Shown here piece by piece: positions 11,591 through 22,577 of a DNA stretch of 64,000 nt. A program made the translations under genes and the position numbers. The notes beneath the pieces were generated by a model. It was not told the origin of the DNA. It worked only from the letters and a program-made list of their open reading frames with translations, and ran no database searches. This DNA comes from Sporopachydermia quercuum. Its lineage: Eukaryota. The stretch's first letter is position 1. Every line of letters begins with the position of its first letter. The stretch is from positions 806,001 through 870,000 of the forward strand of contig BCGN01000006.1 in NCBI GenBank assembly GCA_001599295.1, in the 5' to 3' direction.

Positions 11591-12838
11591 CGTCTCAGGA
11601 GAGATACATAGTGATGATTATGAAAAGAGGTTTACTTTCTGAACAAATGAGGTAAATTTGAATAGCCTATGTGTGCAACTAGTGTTGTTTGACTAATGAG
11701 AGTCATTAAATGATTCATACATTGTATATTCTCTATGTGGTGTAGAAATACGTTCTTATGGAGATACGGAATATATAGGAAGAGAAGATAGAACTGGTTA
11801 TGGAACTAATACTATTTAATATCAACTGCGTATAAATCGTACAGTGGTTTATACTGTGTTAATCTTGTGAGTATCAAGCAAGAGCTGAGAATATGGACAA
11901 GATGAGCTGTTGATTGAAACTGAGATGTATTTTTTAATTGAGACCTCCGCAAACTCAGTTGGAGAGAAGAAGAAGAAGAAGAAGAATGTGAACCATTCGC
12001 TCAAGCTTGATGGATGGCTGACAAGACAGACACCGAAATATTTAATTGGGATTTTGATGAACAAATTTGCAATAGGTTCACTGAATTAACCACAATGAAA
12101 ATCAGCTTATTCATCAACAAACTGAAAATTAACATGCCAACAGTTGCAACAATAGCAGCAAACAGCATCAGTGGTATCAACTTAAACTAACAGCTCCTAC
12201 ATCATTATAGAATCACACATCGTATGTCTTCGCGGATCACTACTTATTTATATAGAGTAATGCAGGACAGATAGTAAATAGAGGTGGAGCAATTAAAGGA
12301 GTAAGAATCAAAAATTATTCTATGTTGAATGAAACGTTGATTGATGCTCATTTACAAAGCAGTTGAAGACTATAAAAGTACCCAGAATTGCTTTCATAAT
12401 TCTTGGTACATATTACATATGGACTGGATATCTCGAAGAGGTGAAATATCCACTCGAATCGTTTGTTGTTTGAATTTCCAGTATAGATGAAGATAAGAAA
12501 TGGAAGCTATCAGGAAGATAATGATGAGCTGTAAAGTTTAATGAGAGTTGGTTTGTTCCATTTTGCATATACATTTTAGTACTATTCTGATACTCTAATG
12601 AAATATAAGCATGAACGTGTACGGTTAAAATAATATAGAGAGTATAATATGAATGGGAAGATATTTTGATAAATGGACAATGTAATTCTATGAGAAATGT
12701 ACATATTTAATGAATAGCCGAATGCTATTATGTATATGTTGTATATACATATTAGCTTAAGTCTCCTACTCATTCTAGCAACATAGTTCAACATTCAATA
12801 GATTTAAGTTCACTTTCACACTATACAATCTTAATTTT

Positions 12839-14020
12839 TCAATCATCTAACGAAAAATGCTTTATGGTTCGTGAACCGAACCAAAGACTGGGAATAAGCA
12901 AAAAAGCAGCTCTTCCTAATGTAACAAATATACTATCAGCAAGGTAATAACGTATAAATACAACTTCAAAACCGATCACGGTTGTAATGAAAATACCAGC
13001 GTACAATCCACGTTTTATCCTTTCATTTGACGACAATGTACAATCAAAGAATGGAAATCCTTTTAGATTTCCTCCCCCAATAGTTACCCATGAGATGAGT
13101 AATAAAACAGTTAATACTACTGGTATCATAGAAAACAGTAGTGCTTGTGTTAACGGGATAGTTTCTGGAGCAGAAAGGAAAATGTGGAAAATCTCCGGTT
13201 TAGCTTGAAGTCTTTGGAGTTCTTTATACCCTGTTCCATAGTGTTCCTGTACTGGTTGGGATAGTTGCAAACCAGCTATTGATGTTTCGGCAGGAGAACC
13301 ACTAAAGGAGGCAACAATTGCTCTTAGGAAAAGGGCTTCTTCTCTCATAAGAGATTTTGGAATTTGTTCAAGATGCTAGATATAGTTAGTAAACGAGTAA
13401 CAGAAATGATACCACCGCTGTCTGTCTTTATATNGTAAACGTAGTTGGTACCTGGAAATGAGCATGTTTTCCAAGCTATTCATATTATTACCACAATACT
13501 CCCGTCTTCACCCAATCCTATGAAATTTAAGGTCTATTAATACGCAAAGATCTATCAAATACGTACAATTGTAACCGATGTTTTACCATTCTTTACTTTC
13601 CCGTAGAAAGAATACTCTAGTCCTTTCCCATTGGAGACAATAACAGCAGTTTGATGTGGATTTGCTGATAGTTTCGCTGAATCTTCATTTCGTTCATCAT
13701 TCACAGCTGAGAATGAAATCTTCAAGGGATCAGCGTTAGTTAATGGTATAATTGAATCGTCATTGAATCTAAAATACGTTATGTTAGTACGTTACACGTC
13801 AATCGGACGGATAACTTAGTCATAATCTATCACGACACGCCAACAACCCAAATCGTCATAATTCCAAAAGCACCAAAAGTTCTTCTGCTGTCACATACTT
13901 GTAGGACTGCTCACCAACTGATATTTCTCCTGATTCAATCTTCCATGCAATTGCTTGACCCAGAAACAGCAGGGATGCAATTATGACCAAGAATGAGGAC
14001 CCAACTGACCACAATTTCAT
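12839..14020 (-). CDS. SWP1: Oligosaccharyltransferase delta subunit (ribophorin II/Swp1); 3 exons, ~286 aa
   Basis: Exons 14020-13899, 13768-13567, 13375-12839 join in frame. Intron 1 (13898-13769) GTATGT...TACTAAC...TAG; intron 2 (13566-13376) GTACGT...TACTAAC...TAG. Product has a signal peptide (MKLWSVGSSFLVIIASLLFLGQAIA), a PHQ motif, KPEIFHIF and three C-terminal TM segments. The ORF track shows only part of exon 3. Confidence 0.88.
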
Positions 14021-14633
14021 GTTGAAGTAAATCTGCGTTTGGATTTGGTTTCCCAGAGGAATTTAATGAGATTTAACGGTCAATGATGCTCTCAAAGTAC
14101 TTGATCCTTTCGTCAATTGATATAGATAAACAATAGTAAGTAATCGTTAGTTTCTATGTATGACAGGTGTTGATTTGAAGTTGGTGTTTGATAGAGAAAT
14201 ACTCGGTTCAGGACGGAAACCATGTTTTTTGGGACAATTTTTCACAGAATCGAAATATCGGAAACAATAACTCGAAATTGTATTAAAAGGAGGGAATGAA
14301 TATTTTCCGGTTTTGGTTCAAGAAGACAAATGTCACATTTCATGTCATAACCCGAATTTTCTGTTCTCTTTCATGTCTCTCATGCCATGACATGAAAAGT
14401 TGAGTGTTTATATGGCCCTTTCTTACCCATTTGCTCCCATCATTAATCCATATCAACTATCAACTATTATTTATTGCTTAATGGTTTCCTCTTTCACCGT
14501 AAATATCACTCTGAACTGATTTTCCTTATTTGTCACAAATTTAATTTACAAACAGTACCGATACAACCAAATTGTCTTACCCATACAGTATTGTGTTCTC
14601 TCTCTTTCAAGACAGCATACTCACTCACTCACA

Positions 14634-15524
14634 ATGGCTGAAGAACAACGAAAGCTACTAGAACAACTTATGGGAGATTCTCTGAAACAACGATCAGGCA
14701 GGGGATACAACTCAAGAAATCACCAGTCAGACTCAATCAATCTGCATGACCGCAAAATATGCAAGTCATATCTAGTAGGCATATGTCCTCATGACCTTTT
14801 TACTTCTACAAAGCAGGACTTGGGTCCATGTCCAAGACAACATCTACAGAAACATAAAATGGAATACCAATTCCAACTATCTAAAGGAAAAACATTCCCA
14901 GAATTTGATTTTGAATATGAAAAGGACTTGGAGAAGTATATTGTTGACTGCACCAGACGTACTCAGGCGGCTCTAAAGAAATTAGAGAAAACACCAGAAG
15001 ATCTACAGAAGATATCAAGCATCAACAGAGAGATTGAGCAAATAGACATCTCTATGATGCTGACGTTACAAGAAATCGAAAAATTAGGTGACAGAGGTGA
15101 GGTTACTATGGCTGTTGAGCTGTACTACAATTCGCAGCAGAAGAGAGTTGATAAGGAAAGTAAACAGAAAGACCTGAAGGTGTTGGTTGATGTAGGAGGG
15201 GGACCTTCAGGACATCAGAAACTACAAGTGTGTGAAGTTTGTGGAGCTTATATGTCACGATTGGACAATGACAGAAGACTGGCGGATCATTTTATAGGGA
15301 AAATGCATTTAGGATATGTTGAGATGAGAAATGCCTATAAGGAGATAAAGCAGAAGAATGATAAGAGAAGAGCTGAAGGTAAAGGAATTGTAGTTCCTAG
15401 TGGTAGTAACAGTGGATACAGGGATAGAGATGGGTATAGAGACAGAGAGAGAGATGGGTACAGAGACAGAGACAGAGAAGGATATGGTGATAGAGATCGA
15501 GAACGAAGGTACCAAAGACGTTAG
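14634..15524 (+). CDS. LUC7: U1 snRNP protein Luc7
   Basis: MAEEQRKLLEQLMG start, zinc finger 1 (CKSYLVGICPHDLF...H), zinc finger 2 (CEVCGAY...RRLADHFIGKMH), Arg/Asp-rich tail. Confidence 0.95.
   Translation: MAEEQRKLLEQLMGDSLKQRSGRGYNSRNHQSDSINLHDRKICKSYLVGICPHDLFTSTKQDLGPCPRQHLQKHKMEYQFQLSKGKTFPEFDFEYEKDLEKYIVDCTRRTQAALKKLEKTPEDLQKISSINREIEQIDISMMLTLQEIEKLGDRGEVTMAVELYYNSQQKRVDKESKQKDLKVLVDVGGGPSGHQKLQVCEVCGAYMSRLDNDRRLADHFIGKMHLGYVEMRNAYKEIKQKNDKRRAEGKGIVVPSGSNSGYRDRDGYRDRERDGYRDRDREGYGDRDRERRYQRR
15414..15503 (+). repeat. Degenerate coding repeats (GYRDRD/RE-like) in the LUC7 C-terminus
   Basis: Translates as GYRDRD GYRDRERD GYRDRDRE GYGDRDRE, with AGAGA-rich DNA. Confidence 0.7.
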
Positions 15525-17031
15525 ATAATGGGAGTTAGCGTTGGAAATGATAGGAGATAGTGTACCATACTCTGGAGAGGATATTGATATATTCATCCCT
15601 GACAATATAGCGAGAATTTTGACATTTCTAATAATCCAGTTGTACAATTGTCAGATGTAGAGTATATCATCAACAAAAACAATAAGGAACTAGCAGAGGC
15701 TATTCGTCTGATGTAATTGTTACTACGAAATCATACGTGAAAACGACTTCTACTTCTTAACTGCTATATTTATGTTGATATTCATACGGCCGATCTTTAT
15801 TTTGTTCATTTGGATATCTCTCACAGTACAGTTATTAGATACACAACATTTAATGAGAGAATTACGGACACTTTTGTAGTATGGTCGATAGTGCTATAGT
15901 ATATTTTCAACAGCGCAATACTATAACCTATAATGTAAAATGTGACATATGAAATGATGCATGTATATAATGAATGCTCAGTTGTCTCTTGCTAGTTATT
16001 ACTATTATTATTATGGTTGCCTTATCATGAGCAGAAATAGTAGAAGAGCGGAATGTTATTATTACACATATTTCTATTAAAATAGAGTATAACAGTTAGT
16101 CTCCTTCGAGCTCGGTAAATTTATAAAGCAGCACTGCCAAACGATATTTACGGAAATGCAAATGTAAAATATCAGTTTAACGTTTGCAACAAATGGAAGC
16201 CTACTGCAATTACAAGAATTATATTTAACTAAATAAGTAAGAATACAGCTACATTTTTGTATTGATATTCAACTAACTGAACGGAACTAGATAAAAGCTA
16301 CCCTTCTACTAACATATGAACGACGATCATCCCTTATCATATGCCTATGCATGTTTTTCAATGAAATGATTGAAAATCAACTTGATTTTCAAAGACTTGA
16401 AGCAATGCAATCAAAAAGATTGATGCTAAAATCGGTAAGTTCCCAGTGTAAGCAGCTAAACATCATTTACAATATTATTTAGTATAGCTTTTCTTCTTAT
16501 CTAATGTTAATCACCNTATTCATATTCTCTCTTTCTCTACAATGCCAAGGACCAATTTTATTTATACAATTTTTATTGTTCGTTTATATTTTCTAGTTTG
16601 ATGTTAGTATAGTTATATAGTACACGATATATCCAAAATATTGACATTATAAGTAATTGATAGGCTTTCAATACATAAAAGAATGAAAGTGCCTGTCAGC
16701 GTATAATAGCATCAATATTAATTTCAACATCTCAGTTGATTTTTTCTTTTATTCGTTTTTCTTGTTCGTTTTCTTTAGCAATGATGATAATAAATATAGT
16801 ACAAAAAATAAGGAGTCAAGTGGCAAATGATAATGATTAATTATTGTAGTGTTATTGTTCTAATAGTCAATATGTCACTGAACAACGATATCACCAAAAG
16901 CCAGCTAGTGGTTAAAGGGTAGGGCTTTATCAAGCGAACACTTTATCAACACCAATTACTGATCTGTGAGTCACCACAGTAACAGAAAATTAGTATTAAT
17001 CAGAAAATCAAGCAAATAAGAGTTACTCCAC

Positions 17032-17836
17032 TTAAGCTTTTCTAAATTCACTCAATACAGGATAAATAGCTTCAAATGCAGTATAAATTTCTTCTCTTTG
17101 TTTGGCACCAGTTAAAACAATCTTGCCAGAAACGAAAATCAGCAAAACAATTTTTGGCTTAACCATACGATAAATAAGACCAGGAAATAATTCAGGTTCA
17201 TAGGACGAGAAAGTGCCGTGAGAGAATGCCAAACCTTCTAATCTAATGGGAAATTTAACATCACAGCTTCCCACAATGTTCTGGATTTTGAAATCAGTGA
17301 ACTTCGCATTGAAACCAAGCTTCTGGATGATTCTGGCATACTTTCTAGAAGCTAATTTGGAATCATCTTCTGACTTTGCACCAGTCACAACCATTTTACC
17401 TGAAGCAAAGATAAGGGCTGTTGTTTTAGGGTCTCTAATACGCATGATGACAGCTGCAAAACGTTTGGGATTGTATTCTGCATTTCTGGCATGTAGGGCT
17501 ATTGTTTTTAGATCAAGTTTGCAATCTAAGTTAACAGTAGCAACAATGTTTCTAAGTGTACGTTAGTCTTAGCAGTAGTAGAGCAAATGCTACCAAAACT
17601 ATATACAAGAGTACTTACTGTAACGTAGGAACGATACCAGAAGCTGAACCTTCATCATGTTCAGCATCAATATCGTCCACATTCTCCTTTACTTTAACAT
17701 CTTCCACTAAAGGTTTTGGTTGATACTCATGATTGAGGTCGTTAACGTTCATGCCTGGGAAAGCTAGAGAGTTGGAAGCTGTGAAAGCTCTAGCTTTTTC
17801 TGCCGTTGTAGGCAGGTTCAATGATTCCATATTCAT
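17032..17836 (-). CDS. SPT15: TATA-binding protein; 2 exons, ~245 aa
   Basis: Exon 1 17836-17619, intron 17618-17552 (GTAAGT...GACTAAC...TAG, 67 nt), exon 2 17551-17032. The junction restores [13 protein letters not shown], and both TBP core repeats are present ([44 protein letters not shown]). Confidence 0.97.
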
Positions 17837-18283
17837 TTTGAATGTATTATTTGTGCAGTATTATTTGTGAAGGATGAACTTTTCAATTGTTATTGGATGG
17901 TATTCTATGGCTGATTTGGTCAGTGGAATAAAATACTGGATGCAATAGGTCCGATCTAAATAATAAATTGATCCCCATAAACTAACAAAGTTGACTGTCT
18001 TCATTCACACCAATTCTATGTACCGTACAAATCAAATAGCAATTAAGCATTCAATTTGTAATAACAATAACAAGAACAAAGATTTGCTCCTTATCGTCTA
18101 TGCTAAGTATAAAATGAAATCTCCTGTGGTAAGAAAAATCAACTCAATGACTTCCTAATAGTTAAACCTGCTTTTCAGCTCACCTCTTATTATGCACACG
18201 AAAGAGTTATCTAAGAACTCTTTTCTCTACACACTGTTATAAAATGTTATAAAATGTGTATAATCACCACTGAGAGGTCGAGT

Positions 18284-18291
18284 GTCACGTG
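18284..18291. promoter_or_regulatory. GTCACGTG (Cbf1/bHLH E-box) in the SPT15/SCC4 divergent promoter
   Basis: Exact RTCACGTG consensus about 450 bp upstream of the TBP start. Confidence 0.5.
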
Positions 18292-19524
18292 AAACAAGTC
18301 GCGAAAGAAGTGTACAAATGAATAAATGTCTTAAGATACGCCCCTGGAAGTATTTCCTAAAACAGTTGAAATTTCTTTTTGCACCGCCAAAATTTTTTTT
18401 TGATGAAAAGTGGGAATCCTCTTGAATTTATACTCCTGTGAAATTCGGACATTTTACAGAATTCGAGGTTTTAGTCACGCTCTCAAACTTTATTTGTATG
18501 TGAAAATACAAGCCGGGTAACTGAAAACAAACTAGGTTTGGAGAATGTCGGAAATGATGGTGATAGAGGTAGAATCATAGGCTACGTATTCAAATGAAGA
18601 TTGACAATATATGTCAGGTCTGTGAAAGTTTCTGGAATTTTGTCTTTGAAGTAATATGTTGAAGGGAATGTGTTTAAGCAACAATTTATATGCTTCAGGC
18701 TACTTTTCTGATAGTTTTGAGAAGGCATGATCAAAGAGGATAGGATAGGAAATGATGATAAATTATAGTCCGGTAAAATCGGAAATTATAGTAATGTTNC
18801 AAGTTCCTATGGACAGTCGTTCGGATTTGTTAAATAGCGGAATACGTGATTGTTAATCCGAGAAAGTACTATTCTTTATACTTTAAGGCTGTTTAGTTTC
18901 TATATAAAATTCAGACGACAATTTTGTGCTATCAAGAGAATGTCACCACTTTCTTGTTTCTTTCGTTTATACTGCATCTTCTAATATGAATCATACTAAT
19001 CCCTGATAAGCTTGTCCGAAAGTTTCAACTTTAACCCAACCGGACGGAAGCGTTATCTTTTCTTTCATGTCATATAATTCGTATAGGAACGAAGTCTGGA
19101 ATATATTCAACGGAGCAGCCACAGATCTGATTTTACCCCACGAACAACTCTATTATATTGATGTCTGATCCCACGCTCAAATTTCCTCCCTCAAACTCAC
19201 ATTAAACTCATATAAACTTCCTGAGGCCAAAAATCTCCCAATCTACCACCTTCTACTTTCCCAATTTCCAATTACATCATCCTTAATAGAAACTTCAAGT
19301 CTCGTTTTACTTTTGAAAAAACGCGCTTCATCCCTACATGAAGTTCGCTATCTACGGACCGTTCCTTCTTCTTTAACAACATCATTATTACAGCAATACT
19401 AACACAGCATGACGAATAGTACACTCAATAGAATACTATACTCCGTTATATGCAAATTGTCATCTTCATGAAAGGCACTCAGTAGCTTATCACTCCCATC
19501 TCTCGTGATCACAAGCTTGCCCAG

Positions 19525-21657
19525 ATGGCTAGCTACCAATTACCTTCACTAACACAGGCTTCCTGCTTGAAAAGTCATCAAGCACTTATTGCTCTTGCTG
19601 ACGAGTATGTAATGGTAGCTCACGTGTTTTCGAGTAGAATCCAAACTAAACAGCATTTTGAGGAGTATCAAGAAGTACTAAAAGCAGGTGTTATTGCTTA
19701 TCAAGCAGCTTTAGATCTGGAGGATATTCCACCAAGCTTAGAATGCTATGTCAGATACAAACTAGCAAAGGTATTATTCCAAGAGACATTGAACATTACA
19801 GAAGCTGAATATATTTTGAACAGAGGTATAAATTTAGCTGACAAGAAAAAATTCATACAATTATCCGTGACAATGAGATTTCTGATGTCTCAAATTCTTC
19901 TTAAGCTTAATGCTAAGCCTGCAGTTAAGTACATAGATTCATGCCGCGCTTTGTGCTCTGACAAGGGATTGAAAAACTGGCAAGACGTGTTTCTCTTATT
20001 GAAAGTGATGGTTGAAATTTCAAAGGACAAGATTTACTGTATCAATGTCTTGAACCAAATTTTCACTACCACACACAATTTTGCATTAAAGTATCTAGTG
20101 AAATCTTTTATGGCGAGCTTACATTTACAAATGAGTCAACCTCAGCAGGCAGAAGCTTGTTTCAGTGACTTGTCATATATAAACATCGATGAAGGGAAAA
20201 TACCCAATCAATTGATTGCTATGAATAATGTGAATCAAGTGCTTAGTGCATTACAATTAAGTGAAGTGTCATTAGCGGAAAACCGAATGAAAGCTTTGCA
20301 CGCTTCCATGGACAATCAACCAATTGATCCCAGGACAAATAAATGGAAAGGATGGAGCGTGTCAGGAAGTTTTTCTGTTAAAATTGATACGACAGACTCA
20401 CAAGACTTAATATCAGGACAACAGAATCAAGACAACATACCTTTATCTTCATCTACTGGTACAAGTACGATCACCAACAACATAGCTCATGATATTCCAG
20501 TAGTCATTTCCATGTCATGGCTGAACCAAGTGGAGGTGTACGTTTTGTCATACCTAGTAAGTGGAGTAGTGGAGTTACAAAGTAACATAGACAAAGGAAA
20601 AGCCGAGAAATATTTACAGGAAGGGTTGAAAATGATCTCAGCAGAATTGTCACCCGAACATAGCTCGGTACCCATACAGTCATTTCATGCTTATCGGGTT
20701 CGCAAAGCGCGGTTACAGCTTTTAAGGTTTTACCTCCTGTTCTACAGATGTCTATTACGGTTTCTGTCGGGTAAATTTGATTCAGAGCCATTAGAAAGTT
20801 TAATGGCCAACTGTGAATCTTTTCCGTCCCAATTGGCACCATTGTTTCCCTCCTTTACCGCTAAGACCCTTTATTTAACTGCACTATATTTGCAGAGTAC
20901 TGGTGAGATAGCCTCTGCCAAAGATACTTATCAACAAGTTCGCAAACTGGAAACGGCTGCTTCGACAAGTGATTCTTCGGCACAAGAAGCAGAAGCGGTT
21001 GCAGGACAATGGGGTATTTCTATTCCAAGTGCCGATACGCGAAGGTTTCAACCGTCAGAAATTTTCTTACTTAGTACGCTAAATTTATGGGCAATTGCCG
21101 AAGGAGAGTTAGAGAGACTATTGAAAATTTACGGAAATAATCCCGGGATGAATTTAGGAAATAATAATGCCTATTCAATCAGCCAACAAATCTCTCAACT
21201 TCAAGCCGAACGGAATCAATACGCTTCTGAGCTCTCGGGATTGTTCGGATCAGAAGCAGGTAATAAAAACTCCGCTTTCCAACTGTCATATGCTCTTTAC
21301 AACCAAGTGTTCAATCCTACGACGTATCTTAACTACAACAATTTCCTATCATTTGCTCAATCACAGCTGAAATATCTTGCAAAATGCTCTACTCAACTAA
21401 CATCTATTGTTTTCTATTTATGTACGGCAGGATCTGATCAAGGACAAGGCAGAAATGGCGAACATTTGGAAAGCATGGCATTTGCAGGTTATGTGCATGC
21501 TAAAAAGTCAAATGATTTGGTATGGATGTATATGCTTGGGCAATTGGTTGGAGATATCATGGCAAACAATGGTAAAGAACTACCGGCTACTGCTCAGAAA
21601 AACGTTAATAATGAAGTTGCAAATGACTTGTATAAAAAGATGAATGGTAAACAATAG
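19525..21657 (+). CDS. SCC4: Cohesin loader subunit Scc4/MAU2 (TPR-like helical protein)
   Basis: LIALADEY...ECYVRYKLAKVLFQETLNITEAEYILNRGI resembles the N-terminus of fungal cohesin-loading factors; divergent from SPT15, as SCC4 is in S. cerevisiae. Confidence 0.82.
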   Translation: MASYQLPSLTQASCLKSHQALIALADEYVMVAHVFSSRIQTKQHFEEYQEVLKAGVIAYQAALDLEDIPPSLECYVRYKLAKVLFQETLNITEAEYILNRGINLADKKKFIQLSVTMRFLMSQILLKLNAKPAVKYIDSCRALCSDKGLKNWQDVFLLLKVMVEISKDKIYCINVLNQIFTTTHNFALKYLVKSFMASLHLQMSQPQQAEACFSDLSYINIDEGKIPNQLIAMNNVNQVLSALQLSEVSLAENRMKALHASMDNQPIDPRTNKWKGWSVSGSFSVKIDTTDSQDLISGQQNQDNIPLSSSTGTSTITNNIAHDIPVVISMSWLNQVEVYVLSYLVSGVVELQSNIDKGKAEKYLQEGLKMISAELSPEHSSVPIQSFHAYRVRKARLQLLRFYLLFYRCLLRFLSGKFDSEPLESLMANCESFPSQLAPLFPSFTAKTLYLTALYLQSTGEIASAKDTYQQVRKLETAASTSDSSAQEAEAVAGQWGISIPSADTRRFQPSEIFLLSTLNLWAIAEGELERLLKIYGNNPGMNLGNNNAYSISQQISQLQAERNQYASELSGLFGSEAGNKNSAFQLSYALYNQVFNPTTYLNYNNFLSFAQSQLKYLAKCSTQLTSIVFYLCTAGSDQGQGRNGEHLESMAFAGYVHAKKSNDLVWMYMLGQLVGDIMANNGKELPATAQKNVNNEVANDLYKKMNGKQ

Positions 21658-22577
21658 ATTTATTGCTGAGGGAATGCTTTTTTTTTTTGTGATTTTGGTT
21701 CCTTGATTGATTTGCCAGGTGCCAGTTGATTGTTACGATGTTTGATAATGACGAGACTGAGTACGGCATTTATGTTTTATNAAACAATCTGGAAGAACGC
21801 GAGAGGATCATAATTGAATTGAAGTATTCTAGCATTCTTGCATTTTCATCAGTGTAAATGCTTTTCAATCAAGGATATCAGCAATATATGAGTCTCTCTG
21901 TGATATAAAGTGAGGCAATGAACGATAAGTTAAGAGCTGAGATACCGCGACAATTGTGACAGATGAGTCTGACACGTAATTAAAGAATATTAATGGGAAA
22001 TAAATAAATATCGCGGAATCAAAAAAATGTGTATGTACTATAAGAAATTACTAATGTCAAACGATTTTATCATAGATGTTAAACTTCTCTTTGAGTTTCT
22101 GTTTTTTTGTATGAATAGAATTTGTCAATGAGTTTGAAAAGCGGAGAAGATAGAAAATAAAGTGTCTCAGTTGTCATGCTTGCGACATACTTTAAATCTT
22201 TACATGGATGCCAGAAAAAGGAGCACTAAAAAGGTAAAAATCCCCTAACATGGGAANCACTAGAGCCAAAAACAACACTCATGAAAAAAATATAAAAAGC
22301 AGCTCGATTGTCCAAGTAATCTTTTTTATACAAGAAGACCCAGAGTATGTAGAAAAAAGAGNCCATGTCATTGCTGACAATGACATATCACATTATATCC
22401 TCTGACAAAAAAACGCATGAATTGGGGACATGCATGAACACCTGAATAAGCTTGCATAGCAATGTATATTGCTATCTATCTATATCTACATTCTCTTACA
22501 AAAAAAAATAATTTCATGCTCATTTCCTTTATTGATCATCTTCGTACTACTACACTATCATCTCTATCATTTTATAT

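Noticed and set aside
11849..12794. Short ORFs and coding-like fragments between IMP1 and SWP1
   Set aside because: No coherent start/splice/stop model; driven by a (GAA)n tract and AT-rich sequence.
12839..13348. 169-aa ORF as a stand-alone membrane protein (e.g. GPI11-like)
   Set aside because: It is most of exon 3 of SWP1.
16230..16445. Plus-strand GTAAGA / TACTAAC / GTAAGT signals in the LUC7-SPT15 spacer
   Set aside because: No AG acceptor at a suitable distance after the TACTAAC, and no reading frame.
19397..19471. TACTAACACAG followed by a 20-codon uORF upstream of SCC4
   Set aside because: No convincing donor upstream, and the SCC4 frame has a stop right after the AG, so there is no support for an extra coding exon.
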